Source: an uncultured Gemmatimonadaceae bacterium
GTDB lineage: Bacteria > Gemmatimonadota > Gemmatimonadetes > Gemmatimonadales > Gemmatimonadaceae
NCBI GenBank assembly: GCA_963817955.1
Contig: CAWFQK010000004.1
Location: 1,504,001-1,568,000, forward strand
DNA: 64,000 nucleotides
Direction of reading: 5' to 3'
The position numbers and the translations under genes are program-made. Positions 49,037 to 60,224 of the stretch are shown piece after piece (position 1 is the first letter of the stretch; every line of letters begins with the position of its first letter). The notes below the pieces were generated by a model that searched no databases, was not told where the DNA came from, and saw nothing but the letters and a program-made list of their open reading frames with translations.

Positions 49037-49741
49037 GGATTGGGCTCCGGGCTCTATTCTGGCTGGATGTCGCTGGCTGCTCCGTCGCGGTCGGCCCACC
49101 GGTCGGCGAGTTTCGAGTTTCCAGTTGTGCGTTGTGCGTTGTGAGTGTTAACGGGCTGGGGTCTCACCGGTGGTGCTCAGCACCTTGTTCCGCAGACCGC
49201 AGAGCATTCGGCGCGTCTCGACTGTCATTGCGCCAAGGGCGCGCCAGTCACGTTCCTGCAGCACGTCGTACCGGTAGGCCAGCTCCAGTTCGCCCTCGAG
49301 CTCCATCGCGGACTTCACGGACATTTCCAGAAAGCGCGCGAGTTCTTTCTGCGTGCTCGCGCCGCAACCCTCGACGATGTTATTCCCCACCGATTCGGCC
49401 GCCGAGACCAGCTGCGCTTTCAGTTCCGAATAGCCCTGCTTTGGAAACCGCGTCGTAGCCCTTCGGACTTCGAGGGCCAGAGCGACAGCCTTGTTCCAAA
49501 CTCTGAGCCGGCGAAAGTCCTGCATGCGCGAAAGCTGCGCGGCCGCAGCCAAGGGCGCAGCATCGTACCGTTTCCAGCCGGTCCACGCTGTCTCGCCAAG
49601 CTCACCCATCAGACCGGTTTGTACCGTTAACACTCACAACGCACAACTCACAACTGGAAACTCGAACCTCGCCGACCGGTGGGCCGACCGCTACGGAGCA
49701 GCCAGCGACATCCAGCCAGAATAGAGCCCGGAGTCCAATCC
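49037..49741. mobile_element. Putative element: four-helix-bundle gene between 118-bp inverted repeats
   Basis: 49037-49154 matches the reverse complement of 49624-49741 with 4 mismatches; ACGC directly flanks both ends. Confidence 0.7.
49148..49525 (-). CDS. Four helix bundle protein (S23/23S-IVS/Avd-like family)
   Basis: 'MQDFRRLRVWNKA..L...FP......L..QL..AA.SV..NIVEGCG.....E..RFL..S..S..EL'. Confidence 0.92.
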   Translation of the reverse strand: MQDFRRLRVWNKAVALALEVRRATTRFPKQGYSELKAQLVSAAESVGNNIVEGCGASTQKELARFLEMSVKSAMELEGELELAYRYDVLQERDWRALGAMTVETRRMLCGLRNKVLSTTGETPAR

Positions 49742-49818
49742 ACGCCCTCGCTCTCGCCGCTTCAGTCGGCGCACCTCGAGTGGCCAGTTGCGCGTTGTGC
49801 GCTGTGTGTTGACGTCGA

Positions 49819-50703
49819 TTACCGCTCGCCCGTCCGCCCATCCCGCGTCAGTAACGCCGCGTACTTCGCGAATACCGAGAACGCGCTGGTCACCGATACG
49901 ATGAATCCAGCCACCCCGTCACGCCAACCGCTCATGATCAGGTAATCGCGCATGAAACGCCACGCGGGACGGACCAGCAGGTCGCTCATGCGTGCCCGCC
50001 GGCCGCGGGCGTGCATGTCTTCCGCTGCCCAACGCGCGTACGTGCCGATCTTGATGACCTGGTGCGCCATATCACGATAGGGGCGGTGCAGTAGCGCACC
50101 TTCGAGGCTACCGACGTCGTCGAGCGCCTCCAGGTGTTCGTGGACCCGAACATTGGCGAATCGGCGCTCGCGCGTGAATACGCGTACCTTCCAGTCCGAG
50201 CCCCAAGGGCCGTGGAGCAATTCCCGGCCGAGATGCCAGTTCCGTGAACGAACGCGGAATGCCGTCTGCAACGGCGACGCGGCGCAGAGCCGCGTCAACG
50301 ACCATCGCAACTCCGGCGTCACTTGCTCGTCGGCGTCGAGCGCCAGCACCCAGCGATTGCGGGCCGCCGCGCTCCCCGCGTTGCGCTGCGCCGCAATGGT
50401 CTTTCCGGCCACGATCAATACGCGAGCGCCGGCGGCTCGTGCGAGCGCGGGCGTGTCGTCCGTCGAACCGCCGTCAACGACGATCACCTCGTCCGCCCAA
50501 TCGAGCGCACCGATCGCACGAGATACCTGCGGCGCTTCGTTGAGCGTCGGCATGACCACGGTGATCGGAATGCATTCGCGAGGACGAGCGATCGGGACTG
50601 CAGGGTATGGCGTCCAATCCAGAACGCGCGCGGGTTGTGTCACGGGGTATCGAACCTCTCGTTCGGGAAACCGTTCTAGAGGGAGACACCCCACACTGAG
50701 CAT
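49819..50703 (-). CDS. Glycosyltransferase family 2 (beta-1,4-glucosyltransferase-like)
   Basis: 'PTLNE', 'VVDGGSTD', 'QRN', 'LALDADE', 'VHE', 'GWRDG..G'; start uncertain. Confidence 0.88.
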   Translation of the reverse strand: MLSVGCLPLERFPEREVRYPVTQPARVLDWTPYPAVPIARPRECIPITVVMPTLNEAPQVSRAIGALDWADEVIVVDGGSTDDTPALARAAGARVLIVAGKTIAAQRNAGSAAARNRWVLALDADEQVTPELRWSLTRLCAASPLQTAFRVRSRNWHLGRELLHGPWGSDWKVRVFTRERRFANVRVHEHLEALDDVGSLEGALLHRPYRDMAHQVIKIGTYARWAAEDMHARGRRARMSDLLVRPAWRFMRDYLIMSGWRDGVAGFIVSVTSAFSVFAKYAALLTRDGRTGER

Positions 50704-50756
50704 CCCCTACGCGCGTTGGACGCTCGAACCGCTTCAATGTGAAGAAGGAAAAGAAA

Positions 50757-53018
50757 TCAGGAACGGAAACGCATTCCGTTCGGGGCGATGGTGCCGGGCT
50801 TGGGGATGGCCGGCGTGGTCGGAGCGGCCGGCACGACGGATGGCCGCGTCCCGCGCCGCGGTGGCGTACGCGGACGTTCGCCGGTCTGCGTGCGCATGCT
50901 GAGCGCGATGCGGTTGCGCTCGAGATCCACCGACAACACGCGGACCGTCACCTTTTGTCCGACACTGAGCACCGCGTTCGGATCGCTGACAAATCGATCC
51001 GCGACCTGTGACACGTGCACCAGTCCGTCCTGATGTACGCCGATGTCGACGAATGCGCCAAATGCGACGATGTTCGTCACTATGCCCTCGAGTTCCATGC
51101 CTTCGCTCAGATGCTTCGGCTCCGTAATATCGGCGCGGAATGCCGGCGGCTCGAACGCCTCGCGCGGGTCGCGCCCCGGCTTCTTCAACTCCGACAGAAT
51201 GTCCCGCAGCGTCGGCAACCCTACGTCGTCCGTCACGTAGCGATCGAGCGTCACGCGATCGAGGTGGCGCTGATTACCGACGAGATCGGCGATCTGCACG
51301 CCAAGATCGGTCGCCATGCGCTCGACCAGCGGGTATCGCTCCGGATGCACCGCCGAGGCATCGAGCGGATGGGCGCCGCCTCGGACGCGGAGAAAGCCAG
51401 CGGCCTGTTGGAATGCCTTAGCGCCAAGTCGTGGCACGTCGCCGAGGTCGGCACGACCCCGGAAGCCGCCGCGGCTGTCGCGCGCCTTCACGATGTTCGC
51501 GGCGAGCGTCGGCCCAATACCGGCGACGTACGAGAGCAGCGGCACCGATGCCGTATTCACCTCCACGCCGACGCGGTTCACACAGCTCTCAACGACATCG
51601 TCGAGACGCTCCTTGAGGCGAGTCTGCGAAACATCGTGCTGGTACTGCCCGACACCGATCGACTTGGGATCGATCTTCACCAGCTCCGCCAGCGGATCCT
51701 GGAGGCGTCGCGCAATCGAGACCGCGCCGCGCAACGAAACGTCGAGATCGGGCAACTCCTCCCGCGCGACATCAGATGCCGAATAGACGGATGCACCAGA
51801 CTCGTTCACGACCACCACTTGTGGCCGCACCAGTTTGTGCTCGGCGAGCGTATCGCGCACCAGCGTTTCCGTCTCGCGCGATGCGGTGCCGTTCCCAATT
51901 GAAATGAGGTCGGGATCGAGCCGAGTGATGTACGCGAGCAGTGACTGCGCGAACCGATCCGGCTGATGCAGGAACAACGCATCCGTCGCGACGACGGCGC
52001 CGGTACGCGAGACCGCGGCCACTTTCACGCCGGTGCGGAAGCCGGGATCGAGTCCGATCACCACGCGCTCCCCTGCTGGGGGTGCAAGCAGCAGTTGCTC
52101 GAGGTTGCGGCCGAAGATGGTGATCGCCTCTTCGTCGGCGCGTGTCTTCAGTTCCATGCGGAGGTCCACTTCCACAGCCGGTGCCATGAGCCGCTTGTAC
52201 CCGTCCTGCACGACGAGCCGCATCTGGTCCGCCGCGGCATGGTGATGCGTGAATGCACCTTCCAGCTCGGCAACGATCCGCTCCGCCGGCGGCACGATCT
52301 GCCAGAGGAGAAATCCTTCCGCTTCGCCCCGCCGGATGGCGAGCATCCGGTGCGACGGCAACTGCGCGAGCGGCTGCGAGAAGTCGTTATAGTCCCGGAA
52401 CTTCGAGACTTCCTTCTCCTTGGCCAGCGTGACGCGCGACCGTACGATGCCTTCGGCGCGCGTGATATCGCGCACGCGGCCGCGCAGCGTCGCATCCTCG
52501 GCGATGCGCTCGGCGAGAATGTCGCGCGCGCCCGCGAGCGCGTGCTCGATGTCCGGCACTTCCTTGGCGGCATCGACGAATTGCGCCGCCTCGCGCTCCA
52601 ATGCACTCACGGAATGTGCGCCGGCCCACAACAACTCCGCGAGCGGCTCGAGGCCGCGCTCGCGCGCGATCATGGCGCGTGTGCGCCGCTTCGGCTTGAA
52701 CGGAAGATACAGATCCTCGAGCGCCTGCTTCGTCTCGGCGACGTCGATGCGCGCCTTCAGCGCGTCGTCGAGCTTGCCCTGCTCCTCGATGCTCACGAGG
52801 ATGGCGGCGCGGCGTTCGGCGAGCTCGCGCAGGTACGCGGCGCGATCGCGCACGTCACGAAGCTGGACTTCGTCGAGGCCGCCCGTGGCCTCCTTGCGAT
52901 ATCGGGCGATGAACGGGAGCGTGTTTCCTTCGTCGAAGAGCGCGAGCGCTCCGGACACCTGCAGAGGGGTGAGCGACAGTTCACGAGCGATCGTGGAAAC
53001 GACAGTGTGCAGCGACAT
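50757..53018 (-). CDS. tex: Tex family RNA-binding transcriptional accessory protein
   Basis: 'TLPFIARYRKEATG', 'GLDPGFRTG', 'NESGASVYSAS', 'SIGVGQYQHD', C-terminal S1 domain. Confidence 0.95.
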   Translation of the reverse strand: MSLHTVVSTIARELSLTPLQVSGALALFDEGNTLPFIARYRKEATGGLDEVQLRDVRDRAAYLRELAERRAAILVSIEEQGKLDDALKARIDVAETKQALEDLYLPFKPKRRTRAMIARERGLEPLAELLWAGAHSVSALEREAAQFVDAAKEVPDIEHALAGARDILAERIAEDATLRGRVRDITRAEGIVRSRVTLAKEKEVSKFRDYNDFSQPLAQLPSHRMLAIRRGEAEGFLLWQIVPPAERIVAELEGAFTHHHAAADQMRLVVQDGYKRLMAPAVEVDLRMELKTRADEEAITIFGRNLEQLLLAPPAGERVVIGLDPGFRTGVKVAAVSRTGAVVATDALFLHQPDRFAQSLLAYITRLDPDLISIGNGTASRETETLVRDTLAEHKLVRPQVVVVNESGASVYSASDVAREELPDLDVSLRGAVSIARRLQDPLAELVKIDPKSIGVGQYQHDVSQTRLKERLDDVVESCVNRVGVEVNTASVPLLSYVAGIGPTLAANIVKARDSRGGFRGRADLGDVPRLGAKAFQQAAGFLRVRGGAHPLDASAVHPERYPLVERMATDLGVQIADLVGNQRHLDRVTLDRYVTDDVGLPTLRDILSELKKPGRDPREAFEPPAFRADITEPKHLSEGMELEGIVTNIVAFGAFVDIGVHQDGLVHVSQVADRFVSDPNAVLSVGQKVTVRVLSVDLERNRIALSMRTQTGERPRTPPRRGTRPSVVPAAPTTPAIPKPGTIAPNGMRFRS

Positions 53019-53075
53019 CCGTCCGGCAGCAAGAGAGAGGCGAGAGACGACGATCAGTCTTGAGGAGGATCGAAG

Positions 53076-54473
53076 TTAGCGAGTCGCGGCGTACCGTGTC
53101 TGTACCGCCATCGATCCGCGCACCGTCGCGCCACGATCGACCAACGCCTGCAAGTCGCCCAGTGTCGCCGGGACCGTAAACACCACCCCGCGATCGTAAC
53201 TGGCCTTGACAAGCGATTGCAGGAACCACTCGCTGATGCGGACGTGGATGCCTCCGTCCACGCGGCGCCAGACCCGCCCCCAGATACGCGGCACGTGGAT
53301 GAGGAGCAACCGGAGCAGGCGGTGCCCGGGAAGCGGGGCGAGCCCGACCCGCGCACAGCCCTCCTCGCCGATGAGTGTTTCGATATAGATCTGCGCCACG
53401 TGCTCGAGCGCGAGGAATCGGCTCTCCCCTTGCGGCAGCACCGTAGCGAGCATCTGGAGATGTCGCTGCGCGATCGCCACGCCGTCGGGGTTCTGCGTTT
53501 CCGATTGCGTGAGCCAATCGCCCGCCCAATGCGTTGCCCCAACGAAGTGGCGCCGCCGGAAGGCCTCATAGAACGCCGCCGCCTCCGCCAGGTCCTTTGG
53601 GAGATGGCAGTCGTTGTCGGGTTCATCCGGCGGGTGAATTCCCATGAGGTGCGCGAACACCCGCCACACATAGTAGTAGTCCTCTGCCTCCTGGCGCGTG
53701 ACAGGAATGCCCAACCGGCGCCAACCGCGCACGACGAGCAGCGAGAAGGCCATGATCGTCGCGAGCATGTCCTCCTGGTTGATCGGCACCCCATACCGCG
53801 CGAGATAGGCGGCATAGCCGCCCCGCCGCTCGAGCACGCGGGGAGCGACTTTGGAGCGCACCCCCGCGTGCAGCAACCGCATCTGCTGGCCATTGAGCAG
53901 CGCCGTGCCGGCTCGCTCGAAGCTCTGCGGGCTGGAAACGTCGATGAGGAGTTGCAGCGTTCCCATCAAACGATGGTACGTGTGCGTCAACAGTTCGCCG
54001 GAAATATTGAGAACCTTCGTCGCACCGGCCGTCGCGTACGATTCGGGCAGGCTCTTGCAGAGGAGCACGAGCACGGACGGCATCATGCGCTCCATGAACA
54101 CCTTCTGACCGCGGACGATGCGATCCCGGTCCACCCACGCAGGGAGCGACGGCTGCCGGCAATGGTCGCACCACGCATACGTCTGGGCGAAGAACTCCCG
54201 CAACTGCGCCGGCGTGTCGGACGGCAGCGGCGAATCATTGCGCGGCATCTTGGCAAAGACCGCCCGGGCACGCATCGCACTGTCCGGCAGCTTGGCGAGC
54301 TCGACGACACACCGGTCGCCGGCAGCATCGCCGAACTGTCGCAGCCCGTCCAGAAAGCTGTCGTCCGACCAGCGGGCCGCACCGAGGCTCGCGGCCAGCA
54401 TGCTCGATGCTGATCGTCGCGGCTGCGAGAGATCAGGTGACGCCGCGACGCCGGCGCTCGTGGAACGATCCAT
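53076..54473 (-). CDS. MpaB/DUF2236 (rubber oxygenase catalytic-like) protein
   Basis: 'SLPESY', 'RLLHAGVR', 'GVPINQEDM..T', 'WRVFAHLMGI'; start uncertain. Confidence 0.8.
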   Translation of the reverse strand: MDRSTSAGVAASPDLSQPRRSASSMLAASLGAARWSDDSFLDGLRQFGDAAGDRCVVELAKLPDSAMRARAVFAKMPRNDSPLPSDTPAQLREFFAQTYAWCDHCRQPSLPAWVDRDRIVRGQKVFMERMMPSVLVLLCKSLPESYATAGATKVLNISGELLTHTYHRLMGTLQLLIDVSSPQSFERAGTALLNGQQMRLLHAGVRSKVAPRVLERRGGYAAYLARYGVPINQEDMLATIMAFSLLVVRGWRRLGIPVTRQEAEDYYYVWRVFAHLMGIHPPDEPDNDCHLPKDLAEAAAFYEAFRRRHFVGATHWAGDWLTQSETQNPDGVAIAQRHLQMLATVLPQGESRFLALEHVAQIYIETLIGEEGCARVGLAPLPGHRLLRLLLIHVPRIWGRVWRRVDGGIHVRISEWFLQSLVKASYDRGVVFTVPATLGDLQALVDRGATVRGSMAVQTRYAATR

Positions 54474-54542
54474 GATCCCCGCGGGAGAAGGGTGCAAAAT
54501 CCAACCTAGCATTGGGGCCGCGATGCCGCCATTCTCCGCCAC

Positions 54543-55607
54543 ATGAGCCTCCGCATCATTGGAGGTGGACCCTCGGGCCTCGCCGCGGCGATCACCCTCG
54601 CACGCGCAGGCCGCGACGTCGAAGTCTTCGAACGCCGCGCTCGCTGTGGTGCCCGCTTTGGCGGCGACATCCAGGGTATTGAAAGCTGGAGCGATGACCG
54701 CGACGCAATCGACGAGCTCGCGTCTGCCGGCATCCCGATCGATTTCCATTGTGCACCCGTTTCGAGCGGTATCGAGACGAACGGCAGGCGTGACAAGCGC
54801 CTCGCATTCGGGCGGCGCCCGGGCGTGTACCTCGTGAAACGCGGCGCTGGCCACGACACGCTCGACCAGGGTCTGGCGCGCACCGCGCTCGCCGTGGGCG
54901 TTCGCATTCATTTTCGGCAGACTATTCCTGTGGAACACGCGGACATCGTCGCCACCGGACCTCGAGGACGCGCCCCGTTTGCGGTCAACGCGGGCATCGC
55001 CTTCGACACCGATGCCCCTGACACTGCCGTGGTGATGTTCGACGATAGCGCGGCACCCAAAGGCTACAGCTACTTGCTGGTGACCAAGGGTTATGGGTGC
55101 ATCTGCACGATGGGTTTCGAGGATTTCCCGAGCATTCACACGCGCCTCGCCCGCGCTCGCGACGTGCTCGCGTCACGATACGGCATTCGCATAGAGAACG
55201 AGCGGCGCGTCGGCGGACTGGGCCATTTCGCGCTGGCACCCTCCTACAGCACCGCCGGCGTGATTCAGGTTGGCGAGGCCGCGGGACTACAGGACTTTTT
55301 GTGGGGCTTCGGTATTCGTACCGCGATTCAGTCGGGGATCCTCGCCGCGAACTGCCTGCTCGACGGCACCGATTGGGAGCAGGCGGCGCATGCGCGCTTC
55401 GACAACCGGCAGCACGCCGGCGTGGTGAACCGCTTCTTGTGGGAATCGCTGCGCATTGGCCGCTATCGCGCGGTCATGCTCGCGCTGTCGCTCGGTGGGC
55501 CGGCAGCGCTGCTCCGTTGGCTGAGCCGGTACAATCCCGTCCAGCGCGCGCTGTTTCCGATCGCGAAGATGCACGCGCGAAAGTGGTACGGGCAGTTGGA
55601 GTTTTAG
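54543..55607 (+). CDS. FAD-dependent oxidoreductase (geranylgeranyl reductase-like)
   Basis: 'IIGGGPSGL.AA', 'APKGYSY', 'VGEAAGLQD...GFGIR.A..SG'. Confidence 0.85.
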   Translation: MSLRIIGGGPSGLAAAITLARAGRDVEVFERRARCGARFGGDIQGIESWSDDRDAIDELASAGIPIDFHCAPVSSGIETNGRRDKRLAFGRRPGVYLVKRGAGHDTLDQGLARTALAVGVRIHFRQTIPVEHADIVATGPRGRAPFAVNAGIAFDTDAPDTAVVMFDDSAAPKGYSYLLVTKGYGCICTMGFEDFPSIHTRLARARDVLASRYGIRIENERRVGGLGHFALAPSYSTAGVIQVGEAAGLQDFLWGFGIRTAIQSGILAANCLLDGTDWEQAAHARFDNRQHAGVVNRFLWESLRIGRYRAVMLALSLGGPAALLRWLSRYNPVQRALFPIAKMHARKWYGQLEF

Positions 55608-55623
55608 GGGGGACACGGGACAC

Positions 55624-55841
55624 GCGATGCCTGTCATCCTGAGCGGAGCGAAGGATCTCTGTAGGCCAGCTGGATGTCGCTGGCTGCTCCGTAGCGGTCG
55701 GCCCACCGGTCGGCGAGTTTCGAGTTTCCAGTTGTGAGTTGTGCGTTGTGAGTGTCCCGTGTCTCGTGTCTCGTGTCCCGTGTCTCGTGTCTCGTGTCTC
55801 GTGTCCCGTGTCCCGTGTCCCGTGTCCCACCCCCGTGTCTC
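55624..55841 (+). repeat. Composite repeat: REP-like palindrome + terminal-repeat core + (GTGTCYC)11
   Basis: Palindrome 55632-55660, core 55669-55751, heptamers 55752-55828. Confidence 0.9.
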
Positions 55842-55932
55842 TTCCCTGACCAGCATCATCGGCTTGCCCGATAGGGCATTGGGGTGGTCACCAATAGCGT
55901 CGGTGGCACGCGCCGATCTGGCGCGGCGCTAG

Positions 55933-57402
<1,470 letters not shown>

Positions 57403-57432
57403 GACATTCGCATGGTCAGGTGAGACTCCGCC

Positions 57433-57633
57433 GGATTGGACTCCGGGTCGTCGACCGGCCGCTCCTGGACCACCTTCCAGGTGCACCGCCGGCTGGATGT
57501 CGCTGGCTGCTCCGTCGCGGTCGGCCCACCGGTCGGCGAGTTTCGAGTTTCCAGTTGTGAGTTGTGCGTTGTGAGTGTCCCGTGTCTCGTGTCCCCGTGT
57601 CTCGTGTCTCATGTCTCATGTCTCATGTCTCAT
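57433..57633 (+). repeat. Solo terminal-repeat copy plus heptamer array
   Basis: ggattggactccggg at 57433, core from 57492, then gtgtcyc/atgtctc units. Confidence 0.88.
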
Positions 57634-57734
57634 AACGCACGGGATTAGTCCTCACACACGCAAGGCTCTTTGCGGACGTCATCGCGTGATGGCCCGTCGC
57701 AATGTAGGGTACTTCCCTTCGGGCGACGGGTCAC

Positions 57735-58706
57735 ATGTCACGTTCACTCCCGCGGCAACCTAGTACGGCGCGCCTCGCTGCGCTCCTCGGCGTCTATGCC
57801 GCGTTGCTGGTGGTATTCCTCACCGTTGCCCGGCCCTGGTACCGAAGTTGGAATATCACAGAAGACGAACGCGGCATGGCGTTGCCGGGCGACTCGATGT
57901 TGACGGCCGCCGCAGTGCAGGAAACGCGAGCCATTACGATCTACTCACCGATCGACCGAGTCTGGCCGTGGGTCGCGCAAATCGGTCAGGATCGCGGCGG
58001 GTTCTACAGCTTCGATCTGCTCGAGAATATCGTCGGCAGCCAAATGCCGACCCGCGACTATCTGCGCCCGGACAAACAAGACTGGCAAGTCGGGGACAGA
58101 CTGTGGATGCATCCGCCGTTGGGCGGACGCGGCGTGGGATCCGCCACTTTGCGCAGCTACGTCCCGGGACGCGCGCTTGCGTTCGTAACGCAAAACCCGG
58201 GTTCGCCAGAGGCTCTGCCCGAAAGCGGCAGTTGGACAGTTGCCGTGCAACCGATCGATGAGGCAGCAACGCGCCTGATCGTCCGCGGTCGCGCCGTGGA
58301 GCCGCCCTCGACCGGCTGGCTCACGCTCAATGTTCTGGTCTTCGAGCCGATGCACTTCGTCATGGAGCGACGGATGATGCTCGGCATCAAGGAGCTTGCC
58401 GAGCGTGGCGTTCGGACACGCACGTGGAACCACATTCAGGTGGTAATCTGGACAGTCGCCTTCGGCCTGTTGGTCGCCGCGGTCGTGATGGCGATGCGCT
58501 GCGAGGAGTGGGAGCGGCCCATGCTCGGCGTCTTCATCGCCGGCGTGATGTTCATGGTCCTGACGTTCGTTCAGCCGGCGATCATCGTCGCCGTCACGGG
58601 ACTTCTCCTCGTGGAAATGACTTTATGGGGAAAGCCTCACATTCGGCTTCCGCGGCTGGCTCGGGTGAACTCCTTCAGGCCGTGGGCGGCCACCTCACAA
58701 CGATGA
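57735..58706 (+). CDS. Membrane-anchored SRPBCC-like protein
   Basis: 'LPGD...TRAITI.....VWPWVAQIGQDRGGFYS.D.LEN...HFVMERRM.LGIK'; C-terminal TM helices. Confidence 0.75.
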   Translation: MSRSLPRQPSTARLAALLGVYAALLVVFLTVARPWYRSWNITEDERGMALPGDSMLTAAAVQETRAITIYSPIDRVWPWVAQIGQDRGGFYSFDLLENIVGSQMPTRDYLRPDKQDWQVGDRLWMHPPLGGRGVGSATLRSYVPGRALAFVTQNPGSPEALPESGSWTVAVQPIDEAATRLIVRGRAVEPPSTGWLTLNVLVFEPMHFVMERRMMLGIKELAERGVRTRTWNHIQVVIWTVAFGLLVAAVVMAMRCEEWERPMLGVFIAGVMFMVLTFVQPAIIVAVTGLLLVEMTLWGKPHIRLPRLARVNSFRPWAATSQR

Positions 58707-58810
58707 GGCTGGTTTCCTGACTGCATTCAGTATTGCGACAGACTGGCGGTAAAGCTCGCCATATACTCGGAGTCTCTTCTCCGAAATTCAAGCCTGCAAC
58801 AGAGGTTGTA

Positions 58811-58847
58811 AGTGCGTAACTTTATGAATGTCAAAAAGTTACGCACT
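58811..58847. promoter_or_regulatory. Perfect 13-bp inverted repeat at the 5' end of the transglycosylase gene
   Basis: agtgcgtaacttt-N11-aaagttacgcact. Confidence 0.55.
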
Positions 58848-59646
58848 GGCAGCTCCCAAGCTTTACCAAGCAGTGAAGCGGGGGGTTGCGCGATACGGCA
58901 TCAAGGGAGGGCTCATGATCGCTGGCGGCATAGTCGCTGCCGGAACGATGGGCCATCCCGCCAGCAATTTGCCTCAGCCCCCGCTTATACAACGCGTCGT
59001 GGCCGTCGCTCCGGCAGTCTCGCGCCCGCTCAGCCCTCCGGCTGAGCCGGCCGGACCCGCGCTGAATATCGCCATGCAGCACGCGAGCATCGATCACTGG
59101 GTCACGCGGCTCTCGTCGTCCAGCTCCGGCTTCGGCCAGGCCCTGGGCCGCATGGCGCAGTATGCCGACATGATCAAGGCCAAGCTCGACGCCAAGAATA
59201 TGCCCGCCGACCTCATCTATCTCGCGGCGATCGAATCGGAATTCAATCCGAACGCCCGGTCGCACGCGGCTGCCGTAGGCCTCTGGCAGTTCATGAGGGG
59301 AACGGCGCGCTCCTTTGGACTGAAGGTTGGGCACGGTCTGGACGAGCGAAAGGACCCTGCGCGGGAGACAGACGCAGCCCTATCGTACCTGTCCAGCCTG
59401 CATGGACGCCTCGGATCGTGGTACTTGGCTGCCGCCGCCTTCAATTCAGGGGCGGGCACTGTGCTGCGCGCACTCAGGCGGACGACCGGCAAGACCAGTG
59501 GGACGGACGAGGACTTCTTCAGGATTCTTCCTGCCTTGCCTCGAGAGACGCAGAGCTATGTGCCGAAACTGATCGCGGCCGCCCGCGTGGGCAACGCGCC
59601 CGAGCAGTACGGTGTCACGGTACCGGCTGTGTCACCGCGGCGATAA
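58828..59646 (+). CDS. Lytic transglycosylase (MltD-like SLT domain)
   Basis: 'LAAIESEFNPNARS..AVGLWQFM..TA', 'AAAAFNSG', 'LPRETQSYVPK'; start uncertain. Confidence 0.88.
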   Translation: MSKSYALAAPKLYQAVKRGVARYGIKGGLMIAGGIVAAGTMGHPASNLPQPPLIQRVVAVAPAVSRPLSPPAEPAGPALNIAMQHASIDHWVTRLSSSSSGFGQALGRMAQYADMIKAKLDAKNMPADLIYLAAIESEFNPNARSHAAAVGLWQFMRGTARSFGLKVGHGLDERKDPARETDAALSYLSSLHGRLGSWYLAAAAFNSGAGTVLRALRRTTGKTSGTDEDFFRILPALPRETQSYVPKLIAAARVGNAPEQYGVTVPAVSPRR

Positions 59647-59759
59647 TCGATTGCAGAATCGGCATGACGATGCGATAGGGAAGTATAGACCTGGCGCACA
59701 CGCGCGGAGGAGAGAGAGAGAGAGGAGAGATCGTCGAACTTCCACGGGCCGCGAATCAG

Positions 59760-60224
59760 CTATTCCAACTCACAGAGCTGCAGGTAGTGCTCGCAGTACC
59801 AGTTCTGAAGCTCGGTGATCACGTCTCCGAGACTGGGCCAAATGGCTTCGGTTGTCGTCCCATCCTGGTCCCCCGCGAACACATCGTACCGGTGGACGTG
59901 GTGGTATTCGTTGTGGTCGTTGTGGGGCGAGTCGTACCGGAGCACATTCCCGAGACTGATCGACGCGTTGTAATTGTACGTCGTCGTTTGGACCATGGCA
60001 TTCGCTCCGTCGCCTTCAACAACTTTGAGCACCTTTTCTACATCCAAGCGGATGCCACCCAAGCAACGAATACTTCCTTTTATCAGGATGAGGCCCGCGC
60101 CAATCGACGACACAACAAGCGTGTCCTCTAGAATAAAGCCGCTATCGACAAAGCGACCCATGATTGTCTCATGGGTCGCGATGTAGTTCGAAAACCGATT
60201 GGGGCCGTGCGGATCATCCGCCAC
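59760..60224 (-). CDS. Putative toxin, TumE/DUF6516-like
   Basis: 'YNYNA...VLRYDSPH...HHVH' His-rich motif; lower GC; overlaps the upstream small gene. Confidence 0.6.
   Translation of the reverse strand: MADDPHGPNRFSNYIATHETIMGRFVDSGFILEDTLVVSSIGAGLILIKGSIRCLGGIRLDVEKVLKVVEGDGANAMVQTTTYNYNASISLGNVLRYDSPHNDHNEYHHVHRYDVFAGDQDGTTTEAIWPSLGDVITELQNWYCEHYLQLCELE

Noticed and set aside
49148..49525. Diversity-generating retroelement (Avd-like gene)
   Set aside because: No reverse transcriptase and no TR/VR pair with adenine-specific mismatches in the window.
54474..55139. N-terminal extension of the 687-aa ORF 53076-55139
   Set aside because: Overlaps the well-supported FAD oxidoreductase on the opposite strand; the real start is likely near 54473.
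59706..59730. (GA)n tract
   Set aside because: Short intergenic microsatellite between convergent genes with no evident function.
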